Positions 30,421 through 40,684 of a DNA stretch of 58,697 bases are shown piece by piece. Source of the DNA: Gammaproteobacteria bacterium (GTDB lineage Bacteria > Pseudomonadota > Gammaproteobacteria > Steroidobacterales > Steroidobacteraceae); NCBI GenBank assembly GCA_027317845.1, contig DAHVQK010000031.1, forward strand, positions 1-58,697. Direction: 5' to 3'. A program made the translations under genes and the position numbers. The stretch's first letter is position 1. Each line of letters starts with the position of its first letter. Under the pieces are notes generated by a model. That model had not been told where the DNA came from. It was given only the letters and a program-made list of their open reading frames with translations, and made no database searches.

Positions 30421-31511
30421 GATGCCTCCCCCAACGGCAGCAGCAGCGTGAACACCGTGCAGCCGGGCTCGCTGTCGAATTCGATCAGTCCGCCATTGCG
30501 GCACACCAGCTCCTGCGCGACCGCGAGTCCGAGGCCCGTGCCGTCGGGACGGCCGGTCACCAGGGGATAGAACAGGCTCGAGCGCAACTCCTGCGGAACG
30601 CCGGGGCCGTCATCCTGCACCTGCACGCTTGCCACCAGCCGGTGCCTGGCCGACCCGATGCTCACGCCGCTCAGCGCGCGGGTGCGCAACACGATCCGGC
30701 CACTCCCACCGAGCGCCTGCAGCGCGTTGCGCAGCACGTTGATCAGCGCCTGAATGATTTGATGTCGATCCAGGGAGGCGGTCGGCAGGCTCGGGTCGTA
30801 GTCGCGGTCGATGACGATCTGTTCGCCCGCCTCGGCGCGCAGCAACCGGTAGACGTGCTCGCAGATCTCGTGCACGTTGAGCAGCGATTTCTGCGGCACA
30901 CGCTTCGGTCCCGCGATCGAGTCGACCAGCGCGGCGAGGCGATCCGCCTCGCCGATGATGACCTGCGTGTATTCCTTCAGCCCGGGCGCGGGCAGCTCGC
31001 GCTCGAGCAGTTGCGCCGCGCCGCGCAGGCCGCCGAGCGGATTTTTGATCTCGTGCGCCAGCTGACGGATCATGAGGCGGCTGCCGTCGAGTCGCGCCAG
31101 CAGGTCGTTTTCGCGGGTGATGCGCTGGCGCTGCGTGGCGTCGGCGAGCTCGAGCAGCAGGTGAGTGCCCGTGACCGGCCCTTCGATCGGGGTGATGGTC
31201 ACATCGAGCGTGCGCGCCTCGCGTGGGGCGGACGCCAGGCGCACCGTGAGCTCGCGGTCGGCGATGCCCTCTCCGGTGTCGAGCGCCCGCCGCAGGCTGG
31301 TCTTCAGTCCGGTGGCCTCATGCAGGAAGTCGGTGAACGGCCGGCCGCGCGCCTGGTTGAGACTGAACGCGAGCAGGTCCTGGGCGGCGACATTGGCGTA
31401 AATGGCGCACAGCTGCGCATCCAACACGATGATGCCCGTCGACAGGGCATCGAGGAGACCCGCCGGATCGAAGTGCGCGAGCGCGGAGGGGGCGCTGTGG
31501 TCAAAAGCCAC
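30417..31511 (-). CDS. ntrB: Nitrogen regulation histidine kinase NtrB (NR II)
   Basis: PAS domain, H-box LAHEIKNPLGG and an HATPase domain (DDGPGV, GTGLGLAV). Confidence 0.9.
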
Positions 31512-31532
31512 GGCGCACTCCGTAAAACGCCC

Positions 31533-32111
31533 CTAGCGCGGGGGAGGATGATGATAGAGCGGACTGTGGGGATTGAGGACCGACGGCTGGTGCACGTAGA
31601 ACGTCACCGTCGAGGTCTCGCAGAGTATTTGCCCGTAGCCGTCCACCACGACCGCCGAGACCGTATGCTGGCCTCGATTGACCGGGAAGGTGAACGAGGG
31701 TCCGTGGCCCGGCAGCTGCCGGCCATCGAAGAAGAGCCTGACGTGGTTGTCGCCGTGCAGCGCAGGATCGGTCCGTACGACCGCGGTGGCCTTGTAGGCG
31801 TTCATCAGCATCTGCTGGTCGTGAGGCTGCGCAATGGTGCAGCTGCGGTAGGCCGGCGCGGAAGCGGCTTGCGGGGCGGCCGCTGATAAAGAAGGTCCGG
31901 CCGCCGCAGGCGGCGCTGAGTAGGTCTGGGCGCCGGTGATCTGCACCTTCCTGGCGTTCGCATGCGGCTGATCGCTGTAATGGATGACGCCGTGGGCGTC
32001 GACCCACTTGTATACCGTGATCTGGCCCTGTCCGGCCAGCGCGGCGGGCGCCGCGCAGATGAGGGCAGCCAGGACGAGCGACCGGGAACGAGTCAATCGG
32101 GTGGCGCGCAT
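31533..32111 (-). CDS. DUF4124 domain-containing exported protein
   Basis: Signal peptide followed by VYKWVDAHGVIHYSDQP. It lies between glnA and ntrB. Confidence 0.6.
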   Translation of the reverse strand: MRATRLTRSRSLVLAALICAAPAALAGQGQITVYKWVDAHGVIHYSDQPHANARKVQITGAQTYSAPPAAAGPSLSAAAPQAASAPAYRSCTIAQPHDQQMLMNAYKATAVVRTDPALHGDNHVRLFFDGRQLPGHGPSFTFPVNRGQHTVSAVVVDGYGQILCETSTVTFYVHQPSVLNPHSPLYHHPPPR

Positions 32112-32171
32112 GAGGGTGCAGCATAGCCCGATCCGCCAGCGGGTTCAAAGGCGGGAGAATATGGCAAGTCG

Positions 32172-32196
32172 CCGGGGACACGTCCTGTGTCCCCGG
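32172..32196 (-). terminator. Hairpin (10-bp stem) in the glnA to DUF4124/ntrBC spacer
   Basis: CCGGGGACAC-gtcct-GTGTCCCCGG. A possible attenuator or terminator after glnA. Confidence 0.4.
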
Positions 32197-32215
32197 AGGT
32201 ACCGCATCCATTGCG

Positions 32216-32236
32216 GGCCTCCCGCGTCGGGAGGCC
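32216..32236 (-). terminator. Hairpin (9-bp stem) immediately after glnA
   Basis: GGCCTCCCG-cgt-CGGGAGGCC, about 40 nt downstream of the glnA stop. No U tract. Confidence 0.4.
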
Positions 32237-32275
32237 GTTGCGGCCATGGATGATGGTGTCTCGCTCACCGTCCGT

Positions 32276-33685
32276 TCAGCAGCTGTAGTACATCTCCATC
32301 TCGATCGGGTGCGTGGCCATGCGGAAGCGGGTGATCTCCTGCATCTTCAGGCCGATGTAGGCGTCGATCACGTCGTTGGTGAACACCCCGCCGCGCGTCA
32401 GGAACTCGCGATCCCTGTCGAGGTGCTCGATCGCCATGTCGAGCGAGTGGCATACGGTCGGGATGTGCTTGGCCTCTTCCGGCTCGAGGTCGTAGAGATC
32501 CTTGTCCGCGGGCTCGCCGGGGTGGATCTTGTTCTGGATGCCATCGAGGCCCGCCATCATCATGGCGGCGAAGGCGAAATAGGGGTTCGCGCTCGAATCC
32601 GGGAACCGCACCTCGATGCGGCGGGCCTTCGGGTTCGACACCCAGGGGATGCGGATCGAGGCCGAGCGGTTGCGCGCCGAGTAGGCGAGCATCACGGGCG
32701 CCTCGAAGCCCGGAACCAGGCGCTTGTAGCTGTTGGTGCCGGCGTTGGTGAAGGCGTTGAGGGCCCTGGCGTGCTTGATGATGCCACCGATGTAGTACAG
32801 CGCCAGGTCCGAAAGCCCGCCGTACTTGTCGCCCGCGAACAGCGCCTTGCCTTCTTTCTGCAGCGACTGGTGCACGTGCATGCCGCTGCCGTTGTCGCCG
32901 ACCAGCGGCTTCGGCATGAAGGTGGCGGTCTTGCCGTAACGCTGCGCCACGTTGAGCACGGCGTACTTGAGGATCTGCACCTGGTCGGCCTTCATGACCA
33001 GATTGCCGGCGCCGACGCCAATCTCACCCTGGCCGCCGGTGGCCACCTCGTGGTGGTGCACTTCGACCTTCAGGCCGAGCTCCTCCAGCGCGAGACACAT
33101 GGCCGAGCGGATGTCCTGGTAGGCGTCGACGGGCGGCACCGGGAAGTAGCCGCCCTTGATGCCGGGGCGGTGTCCCGTGTTGCCTTCGGAGTACTCCGTG
33201 CCCGAGCTCCAGGCGCCCTGCACGGAGTCGATGGCGTAGAAGCTGCCGCGCATCTCGTTGCCGAAGCGGACGCTGTCGAAGATGAAGAATTCGTTCTCGG
33301 GACCGAACATCGCGCCGTCGGCGATGCCGGTCGACTTCAGGTACGCCTCGGCGCGCTTGCCGAGCGAACGCGGATCGCGCTCGTAGCCCTGCATGGTGGC
33401 CGGCTCGATGACGTCGCAACGGAGGTTGACGGTGGTCTCGTCGAAGAACGGATCGAGCACCGCCGTGTTCGCCTCGGGCATGAGAATCATGTCCGACTCG
33501 TTGATGCCCTTCCAGCCGGCGATGGAGGAGCCGTCGAACATCTTGCCGTCACGGAACAGGTCCTCATCGACCAGCCGCGCCGGAATGGTGACGTGCTGTT
33601 CCTTGCCGCGGGTATCGGTGAACCGCAGATCCGCGAACTTGACTTCCTTTTCCTTGATCAACTTGATTACATCGGTCGGTGTCAT
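32276..33685 (-). CDS. glnA: Glutamine synthetase type I
   Basis: Full-length GSI match, including the adenylylation-site context [10 protein letters not shown]. Confidence 0.95.
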   Translation of the reverse strand: MTPTDVIKLIKEKEVKFADLRFTDTRGKEQHVTIPARLVDEDLFRDGKMFDGSSIAGWKGINESDMILMPEANTAVLDPFFDETTVNLRCDVIEPATMQGYERDPRSLGKRAEAYLKSTGIADGAMFGPENEFFIFDSVRFGNEMRGSFYAIDSVQGAWSSGTEYSEGNTGHRPGIKGGYFPVPPVDAYQDIRSAMCLALEELGLKVEVHHHEVATGGQGEIGVGAGNLVMKADQVQILKYAVLNVAQRYGKTATFMPKPLVGDNGSGMHVHQSLQKEGKALFAGDKYGGLSDLALYYIGGIIKHARALNAFTNAGTNSYKRLVPGFEAPVMLAYSARNRSASIRIPWVSNPKARRIEVRFPDSSANPYFAFAAMMMAGLDGIQNKIHPGEPADKDLYDLEPEEAKHIPTVCHSLDMAIEHLDRDREFLTRGGVFTNDVIDAYIGLKMQEITRFRMATHPIEMEMYYSC

Positions 33686-33813
33686 ATCGCCTCCGGAGGA
33701 ATAGGTGGTGCCCGCCGCATCGGCGCCCGAGCCGCCGCTGCGTAAAGTCCTGGGGCAGGCGACCGGTCACTCGTTACCGCTCTAGAGCTTTGGGTGGCGG
33801 AGCACCAAGATAG

Positions 33814-33829
33814 TGCATGTCGCGTGCCA
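33814..33829 (-). promoter_or_regulatory. Sigma54 (-24/-12) promoter for glnA
   Basis: The minus strand reads TGGCACGCGACATGCA against the consensus TGGCAC-N5-TTGCW, with correct GG/GC spacing. It lies ~130 nt upstream of the glnA ATG. Confidence 0.7.
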
Positions 33830-33880
33830 AGTCACGGATAGCATCGAATCAATGGGTTACACGCGAATCGCACGACCACG

Positions 33881-33897
33881 AGCACCAGTTCGGTGCG
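33881..33897. promoter_or_regulatory. NtrC enhancer-type palindrome (proximal)
   Basis: AGCACCAGTTCGGTGCG against the consensus TGCACCA-N3-TGGTGCA. Confidence 0.6.
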
Positions 33898-33911
33898 TGT
33901 ATTCGGAGTAC

Positions 33912-33928
33912 TGCACCAATATGGTGCG
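33912..33928. promoter_or_regulatory. NtrC enhancer-type palindrome (distal)
   Basis: TGCACCAATATGGTGCG is a near-perfect match to the NtrC site consensus. Its centre is 31 bp from the proximal site. Confidence 0.7.
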
Positions 33929-34088
33929 TCAGGCATCCATGCCCTCCGGCGAGCCTATTCCGATCCGGCAGGGAACTCGGTGACCGCTGGACCCCCGGGC
34001 TCGAGGCCCGTTGCGCCCGGATCGACATAGACGACTCGCTGAGACCCTTCGCTATACTCGCGGACCGTTTTGCTCGTTCCCTGCCACC

Positions 34089-35006
34089 ATGAAGACCCCC
34101 GCCCTCACCGCGCCCCGCACCTTCCAGGAGCTCATCTTCGCCCTGCAGCGGTACTGGTCCGACCGCGGCTGCGCCGTGCTGCAGCCGTATGACATGGAAG
34201 TCGGGGCGGGCACCTTTCATACGGCCACTTTCCTGCGCTCGATCGGCCCGGAGCCCTGGAGCGCGGCCTACACCCAGCCCTCGCGCCGGCCGGCGGATGG
34301 CCGCTACGGCGAGAATCCCTTCCGCCTGCAGCACTACTACCAGTTCCAGGTCGTCATCAAGCCTTCACCGGCGGACATCCTCGAGCAGTACCTCGGCAGC
34401 CTGCGCGCCCTCGGCCTCGATCCGCTGGTGCACGACGTGCGCTTCGTGGAGGACAACTGGGAGTCCCCCACGCTCGGCGCCTGGGGGCTGGGCTGGGAAG
34501 TCTGGCTGAACGGCATGGAGGTCACCCAATTCACCTACTTCCAACAGGTCGGCGGCCTCGACTGCCGGCCGGTCACCGGCGAGATCACCTATGGGCTCGA
34601 GCGGCTGGCCATGTACCTGCAAGGGGTGGAGAGTCTGTACGACATCCTCTGGACCGACGGCCCGCTCGGCAGGATGACCTATGGTGACGTGTTCCACCAG
34701 AACGAGGTGGAGCAATCGAAATACGACTTCGAGCGGGCCGATGTGCCGACCCTGTTCCGTCATTTCGAGGACCACGAGCGCGCCTGCAAGGCGCTGCTCG
34801 AAGACGGCCTGCCACTGCCGGCCTATGAGCAGGTGCTCAAGGCCTCGCACACCTTCAACCTGCTCGATGCCCGCCGTGCCATCTCGGTGACGGAGCGGCA
34901 ACGCTACATCTTGCGCATGCGCGCGCTGGCGAGCGGGGTGGCGCGGGCCTATTACGAGAGTCGCCAGACGCTCGGCTTTCCCATGCTGCACAAGGCGGGC
35001 GCATGA
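34089..35006 (+). CDS. glyQ: Glycine--tRNA ligase alpha subunit
   Basis: [34 protein letters not shown]... The internal ATG at 34089 is the start. Confidence 0.95.
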   Translation: MKTPALTAPRTFQELIFALQRYWSDRGCAVLQPYDMEVGAGTFHTATFLRSIGPEPWSAAYTQPSRRPADGRYGENPFRLQHYYQFQVVIKPSPADILEQYLGSLRALGLDPLVHDVRFVEDNWESPTLGAWGLGWEVWLNGMEVTQFTYFQQVGGLDCRPVTGEITYGLERLAMYLQGVESLYDILWTDGPLGRMTYGDVFHQNEVEQSKYDFERADVPTLFRHFEDHERACKALLEDGLPLPAYEQVLKASHTFNLLDARRAISVTERQRYILRMRALASGVARAYYESRQTLGFPMLHKAGA

Positions 35007-37150
35007 TGCTCGAGAAGCGCGACTTGCTGATCGAGATCGGCACCGAAGAGTTGCCGCCCAAGGCGCTGCGCACGCTGGAGCGCGCGTTCGCCGCCGCAGT
35101 GCAGGCAGGCTTGGCCAAGGCTGTCCTCGCCCACGGTGACATCCGGTCCTTCGCCTCACCCCGCAGGCTGGCGGTGCTCGTCAAACGCCTTGCGGCCCGC
35201 CAGCCCGACCAGAAGATCGAACGGCGCGGGCCGCCGGTGAGCGCCGCATTCGATGCCGCCGGGCAGCCGACGCGGGCCGCGCAGGCCTTCGCCGCAAGTT
35301 GCGGCGTTGCGCTCGAGATGCTCGCGCGCCGTGAGGAAGCCAAGGGCGCGTTCCTCTATTACACCGGCCTCAGGCCGGGCGCCGCCGCGATGGAGCTGTT
35401 GCCGGGCTTGGTGCAGGGCGCCTTGGATGCGCTGCCCATCCCCCGGCGCATGCGCTGGGGCTCTGGCGAGGCCGAATTCGTACGGCCGGTTCACTGGATC
35501 GTCCTGTTGTACGGCAAGGAAGTCGTGCCGGCGACGCTGCTCGACACGGCGTCAGGCAATCTGACGCGGGGGCATCGCTTCCATGCGCCGAAGCCTCTAC
35601 GCATCTCGAGTCCGGCCGCCTACGAGCGCACGCTCACCAGACGGGGGCATGTGTTGCCGGACTTCGAGGCGCGACGCGCGGTGGTGCGCGAGCGCGTGTC
35701 GGCCCTGGCGTGCGAGCTCGGCGGCCAGGCGCTCATGAGCGATGAGCTGCTCGAGGAAGTCACGGCGCTCGTGGAGTGGCCCGTGCCGCTCGCCGGACGC
35801 TTCGAGCCGCGCTTCCTGCAGCTGCCGCGCGAAGTGTTGATTTCCACGCTGGAGGATCACCAGCGCTACTTCCCCGTGCAGGCCCCGAACGGGGGACTGC
35901 TGCCCTTTTTCGTCGCGGTGGCCAACCTCGAGAGCCGCGAGCCCGCCAAGGTGGTCGAGGGCAACGAGCGCGTGGTCCGTCCCCGGCTCGCCGACGCGGC
36001 GTTCTTCCTGGAGCAAGACCGCAAAAGCCCGCTCGCCGCGCGCATCGAGGGCCTGGATCGGGTCACCTACCAGGCAAAACTCGGCTCGCTCGGCGATCGC
36101 GCCCGCCGCATCCGGGCGCTCGCGAGCGAAGTGGCGACCTCGCTCGGTGAGCCGGCGGAGCAGGCCGAACGCGCGGCGAGCCTCTGCAAATGCGACCTGC
36201 TGACCGCCATGGTCGGGGAGTTTCCGGAGCTGCAGGGCATCATGGGTACCCACTATGCGGTGGCCGACGGAGAGGATCCGGAAGTGGCCACCGCGATCCG
36301 CGAGCACTACCTGCCGCGCGGCGCGGGTGATTCGCTGCCGCTCACCGCCACCGGCACGCTGCTCGCGGTCGCGGACAAGCTCGATACCCTGGCGGGCATC
36401 TTCGCGATCGGCGAGAAGCCCACCGGCACCAAGGATCCCTTTGGACTGCGCCGCGCGGCCATCGGCCTGACCCGCATCCTGCTCGAGAAGCGTCTCGATC
36501 TGGATCTGGCCGGGCTGGCGCGCCAGGCCGTCCGTCTCGCGCAGGCCGACATGGAGCGGATCGCGGTGTCTTCGGCCAGACCGGCGCGGGCCATCGAGAT
36601 CGATGCGGTAGCCGCCGATCTCTATGACTACGTGCTCGAGCGGCTGCGCGCCCATTATCTCGAGAGCCCCGGCGGGGCCAGCGGGACGATGCCGGCGGTG
36701 ACCACGGAGATGTTCGACGCGGTGCTCGCCACACGGCCGGTCTCCCCGCTGGATTTCGATGCGCGGCTCAAGGCGCTCAGCGGATTTCTGGGGCTGCCGG
36801 AGGCGGCCAGCCTGACGGCGGCCAACAAGCGCGTGGCCAACATCCTCAGGAAGGCCGGCGAAAGCCGCCCGGCGGAGGTGGACGCTGCGCTGCTGTCGCT
36901 GCCGGCGGAGCAGGAGTTGTTCGGCTTGCTGAGTCCGCTGCGTGGCACGGTATCGGCGGCGACGGCGCGGCGGGATTATGCCGGGGCGCTGACGGAGCTC
37001 GCAGCGCTGCGGCCGGCGGTGGACGCGTTTTTCGATCAGGTCATGGTGATGGACGAGGACCCGCGGCTGCGCGCGAACCGCCTCGCGCTGCTCTCGCAGA
37101 TGCGGGAATTGTTTACAGGCGTGGCCGACCTGTCGCGTCTGCCCGGGTAA
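35003..37150 (+). CDS. glyS: Glycine--tRNA ligase beta subunit
   Basis: ATGA overlap with glyQ and a full-length GlyS pattern. Confidence 0.95.
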   Translation: MMLEKRDLLIEIGTEELPPKALRTLERAFAAAVQAGLAKAVLAHGDIRSFASPRRLAVLVKRLAARQPDQKIERRGPPVSAAFDAAGQPTRAAQAFAASCGVALEMLARREEAKGAFLYYTGLRPGAAAMELLPGLVQGALDALPIPRRMRWGSGEAEFVRPVHWIVLLYGKEVVPATLLDTASGNLTRGHRFHAPKPLRISSPAAYERTLTRRGHVLPDFEARRAVVRERVSALACELGGQALMSDELLEEVTALVEWPVPLAGRFEPRFLQLPREVLISTLEDHQRYFPVQAPNGGLLPFFVAVANLESREPAKVVEGNERVVRPRLADAAFFLEQDRKSPLAARIEGLDRVTYQAKLGSLGDRARRIRALASEVATSLGEPAEQAERAASLCKCDLLTAMVGEFPELQGIMGTHYAVADGEDPEVATAIREHYLPRGAGDSLPLTATGTLLAVADKLDTLAGIFAIGEKPTGTKDPFGLRRAAIGLTRILLEKRLDLDLAGLARQAVRLAQADMERIAVSSARPARAIEIDAVAADLYDYVLERLRAHYLESPGGASGTMPAVTTEMFDAVLATRPVSPLDFDARLKALSGFLGLPEAASLTAANKRVANILRKAGESRPAEVDAALLSLPAEQELFGLLSPLRGTVSAATARRDYAGALTELAALRPAVDAFFDQVMVMDEDPRLRANRLALLSQMRELFTGVADLSRLPG

Positions 37151-37217
37151 CCGGCATCGGCTGTTGAATCATCCGCAAAACCCACCTTTCGGCCAGGATC
37201 ACTGCCAACCTCTCGTC

Positions 37218-37943
37218 ATGCAATTTATCCGCTCCCTTGTCTTCACGGTGTTCCTTTTCCTGTGGACGTTCTTCTACTCGGTCTTTTTCGTGATCGCCTG
37301 CTCCATGCTGCCGTTTCCGCGCCGCTTCGCGCTGGTGCGGGTCTGGTCGCGGGTGCTGCTCACGGTGCTGCGCTGGACCTGCCGGCTCGACTACCGGATC
37401 GAGGGCCTGGAGAACCTGCCCGCGGGCAATCACATCGCGCTGTGGAAGCATTCCTCCTCGTGGGAAACCATCGCCATGTCCCTGGTGTTCCCGCGCCAGG
37501 TCTGGGTGTTGAAACGCGAGCTCACCTGGATCCCGGCCATGGGCTGGGGCATCCGCCAGGTTCACGCCATCGCCATCGATCGCAAGTCCGGGCATTCCGC
37601 CGTCAGCCAGGTGATCGCACAGGGCAAGGACCGGCTGGCCGAAGGCGACTGGATCATCATTTTTCCCGAAGGCACGCGCATGCCGTCCGGCCAGACGCGC
37701 CGCTACGGCGTGAGCGGCGCTCTGCTTGCGGGCGAGACCGGCAGGCTCCTCGTGCCTGTGGCGCACAACGCGGGCAGCTTCTGGCCGCGGCGCGGGCTGC
37801 GCAAGAAGCCCGGCACCATCCGGGTGGTCATCGGCAAACCGGTGGCCGCCGCCGGCCGCGACCCGCGCGAAGTCAATCAGGAGATACAGTCCTGGGTGGA
37901 AGCGACGGTGGCGGAGCTGTCGGCATCCGCCGGCGGCCCATGA
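37218..37943 (+). CDS. plsC: 1-acyl-sn-glycerol-3-phosphate acyltransferase
   Basis: The KHSSSWET (HX4E/D) and FPEGTR acyltransferase blocks. The start is at internal ATG 37218. Confidence 0.85.
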   Translation: MQFIRSLVFTVFLFLWTFFYSVFFVIACSMLPFPRRFALVRVWSRVLLTVLRWTCRLDYRIEGLENLPAGNHIALWKHSSSWETIAMSLVFPRQVWVLKRELTWIPAMGWGIRQVHAIAIDRKSGHSAVSQVIAQGKDRLAEGDWIIIFPEGTRMPSGQTRRYGVSGALLAGETGRLLVPVAHNAGSFWPRRGLRKKPGTIRVVIGKPVAAAGRDPREVNQEIQSWVEATVAELSASAGGP

Positions 37944-37946
37944 GCG

Positions 37947-38341
37947 ATGCGCGTACCTCTTTTCCAACTCGACGCATTCACCTCACGGCGGTTCAGCGGC
38001 AATCCGGCCGCGGTCATGCCACTCGAGGCTTTCCCGCCCGAAGACGTGATGCAGGCGGTCGCTGCCGAGAACAACCTGTCGGAGACCGCGTTCGTGGTCC
38101 GGGAGGGTGTCGATTACCGCCTGCGCTGGTTTACCCCTTCGGTGGAGGTGCCGCTGTGCGGACATGGCACCCTCGCCAGCGCGGCGGTGGTCATGGAAAA
38201 GGTGGAGCCCGGGAGAGCCCACGTGACCTTTCACACCGCGAGCGGCCCTCTGGCGGTGGGCTGACCTGCCGCGTTCGCGGCGAGCGGGTCGAACTGGAGG
38301 GAACCTGTGTGTTTTTTCTGGAAGGGCACGCGGAAATCTGA
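37947..38341 (+). pseudogene. PhzF-family isomerase remnant (internal deletion plus frameshift)
   Basis: The N-terminal ~105 aa are PhzF-like (FQLDAFTSRRFSGNPAAV...NLSETAFV...RWFTPSVEVPLCGHGTLASA) and end at TGA 38262. The next frame continues with a PhzF C-terminal-like tail (LTCRVRGERVELEGTCVFFLEGHAEI). About 150 central residues are missing. Confidence 0.7.
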
Positions 38342-38352
38342 AAGGAGCGGAT

Positions 38353-38787
38353 ATGTCCGAGTCTCCCGTCGAGCGCTCCCAGGACACCGTGGCGCGCGGC
38401 CAGTGCCTCTGTGGCGCGGTGCGGTTCGAGGTCCACGGTCCGCTGCGTCCGGTCATTTATTGCCATTGCACGATGTGCCGCCGCTCGGGCGGACACTTCG
38501 ACGCCGCCACCGCTTGCGCACCGGCGCATCTGCGGCTGCTGTCGTCCGGAACGCTTCGCTGGTACCAGTCCTCCGCGAGCGCGCGCCGGGGCTTCTGCGG
38601 CACCTGTGGCTCGCAGTTGTTTTGGGAGCCCGCGCATGGCGATCACATCAGCATCTGGGCGGGCACACTGGATCGGCCGACGGGCCTGAGGGCGGCCGTG
38701 CACATCTTCGTCGCCGACAAGGGCGACTATTACGACATCACCGACGGCCTGCCTCAATGGCCCGGGGACTCACCGCCCGGGGCCTGA
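38353..38787 (+). CDS. GFA (glutathione-dependent formaldehyde-activating / CENP-V) family protein
   Basis: Cys-rich zinc motifs CLCGAV, CHCTMCRR and FCGTCGSQL. Confidence 0.85.
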   Translation: MSESPVERSQDTVARGQCLCGAVRFEVHGPLRPVIYCHCTMCRRSGGHFDAATACAPAHLRLLSSGTLRWYQSSASARRGFCGTCGSQLFWEPAHGDHISIWAGTLDRPTGLRAAVHIFVADKGDYYDITDGLPQWPGDSPPGA

Positions 38788-38965
38788 GCGGAAGCCGCCG
38801 CCCACCAGAGCCCTGCCGGTCCGCCGTGCGCAATGGAAAACACCGCGCCGAGCGGCGCGACGCCCATGGTTGACCCCACCGTGCGCGCCAGTGAGCTGGC
38901 GTGGGCGGCGCGAGCCGCGCAGGCCGCTCGGGGTGGAGGTCCGGGCTTCGGGCTGAGCCTTGCCC

Positions 38966-40543
38966 CTACAGACCCTGGATGGTCGCGAGCTGTTGGCCTT
39001 TCGGGCTGCCGAGTCCGGTACACGCGTCCCATCCGGCCGACGCCTGATAGCCGCCGTTGTTGCCCTTGGTGATGTCCCGGAAGCCGCCGTTGTCAGGGTA
39101 GAGCAATGGCTGGACGTATCCGGCGCGACGTGCGGTCAGCGTGTTGATGCGCGCAAGGAGGCCGGCCCAAAGTGGAGCCACGGCGCTCGTACCGCCGAAC
39201 ACTGCGCTGACACCATCCACCAACACCTGGTACCCGGTGTTCGGATCGGCGTCCCCGGCCACATCGGGAACCCCTCTGTTGGTCAAAGGGGCTCGCGTAC
39301 CCTGCACGCTGGTGGTGTCCATTCCGTCCTGCCAGGGGGGCAGCGCGAAGAAGGCGCTCACCCCGCCGCCCGTGGCTCCCGCGGCAGGATTGCCGTCGTT
39401 CCAGACGACTTCGCCCGAGATGGAGGTCTGCGTGGCATTGAGGCTGGTGCCCCCACAGGCCAGAGCGTGAGGGCTCGATGCGGGAAAGTCCACGTGGTTG
39501 TGTCCATCGGCGACCCCGTCGGTCGCGCCGCTGTCGCCCGCGGCGACGCAGACCGTGATGCCCATGGCGAGAGCCGCCTGGAACGCCTCGTCCATGGCCG
39601 TCATCGCCTGTGGAGTCCAGTCGGGCTCCGCGGAGCCCCAGCTGATCGAGACAACCGAGGGCCTGTTGACGGTGTCGTGAATGGCGGTCGTGACGGCATC
39701 CAGGAACCCGGCATCGGTGTTGGGTGCGAAGTACACGGCGAGGGTGGCGGCGGGCGCGATCGCCCCGGACACTTCGATGTCGAGCACCACTTCACCGTCG
39801 GGTCCACCGGAATCGCCGGTGGGCTGGTTGACGGCGTGATCGACCGATACCGCGGTGACGGTGGGCAGGGGCAATCCGAGGTGGCCGAAATAGGCGCTCA
39901 GGTCCTGCGGTCGGTAGCCGCCGCCGAGTTCGATGAGGCCTATGCACTGTCCCCGGCCATCACTGGCGGGAAAGTTGTAGAGAGAGGCCAGCTGCACGGG
40001 CGTAAAGGAGGTGGCCGGAGGGCTGGCAGCGCGGGATTTACGCTTCCTGGGTCCCGTCCTGATCCGAAAATGCGGCCGGGCCTGCGGTCGATTGTCCAGG
40101 CCCAGCACCGCGACGAGGATGTCCTGCAGTCCCAGCGGGAGCTGGACCGCGCCCTGGCGTCCACGATAAGTGCCCGCGGCGTGCTCACAGCGCAACAGCC
40201 GGATGCCGAACGCGGCATTCATTTGCGACACGGTGCCCGCCAGGACGACCGTGCGGCGCCCGGCATGCTCCTGGACCACGGCGAGACCTTGCGAGCGCGC
40301 GAACTCCCTGACGGCGGCGAGGTCGGGCTCGTTGGCGCCATGCGCTCGAGCGAATTCCTCGCAAGACAACGGGGTGAGCCGCTCGCCTCGGGCGAGTTGG
40401 GCCATGCGCTCGCGCAAAGCGGGCGGATCGCCCGTCCGAAGGATGAGCGAAACCTCCAGTCTTTCGTTGGGATCCGCGGATCCGAGCACGCGCGCGCCCG
40501 GCAGGAGATCTCGCTCGCTTCCCTTGAGGGGGTATCGGGTCAT
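38966..40543 (-). CDS. S53 (sedolisin/kumamolisin-like) serine-carboxyl peptidase with pro-domain
   Basis: N-terminal pro-kumamolisin activation-domain pattern, then GEVVLDIE (Glu/Asp), SISWG and GGTSAVAPLWAGL (nucleophile Ser). ATG 40543 is preceded by GGAGG. Confidence 0.85.
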   Translation of the reverse strand: MTRYPLKGSERDLLPGARVLGSADPNERLEVSLILRTGDPPALRERMAQLARGERLTPLSCEEFARAHGANEPDLAAVREFARSQGLAVVQEHAGRRTVVLAGTVSQMNAAFGIRLLRCEHAAGTYRGRQGAVQLPLGLQDILVAVLGLDNRPQARPHFRIRTGPRKRKSRAASPPATSFTPVQLASLYNFPASDGRGQCIGLIELGGGYRPQDLSAYFGHLGLPLPTVTAVSVDHAVNQPTGDSGGPDGEVVLDIEVSGAIAPAATLAVYFAPNTDAGFLDAVTTAIHDTVNRPSVVSISWGSAEPDWTPQAMTAMDEAFQAALAMGITVCVAAGDSGATDGVADGHNHVDFPASSPHALACGGTSLNATQTSISGEVVWNDGNPAAGATGGGVSAFFALPPWQDGMDTTSVQGTRAPLTNRGVPDVAGDADPNTGYQVLVDGVSAVFGGTSAVAPLWAGLLARINTLTARRAGYVQPLLYPDNGGFRDITKGNNGGYQASAGWDACTGLGSPKGQQLATIQGL

Positions 40544-40684
40544 GGCGCCTCCCAGTGGCCGAAGTCTCGCGGCAGCGCCTCCTACCTTAGCCGGTTCCGA
40601 CAGCTTCGCAACCGTGACGGCAATCGGCGACATCCCGTCCCTGGAGCGGGGCGGACTTGCGGCGCCTGCGGCCCCAGCTGCGCG

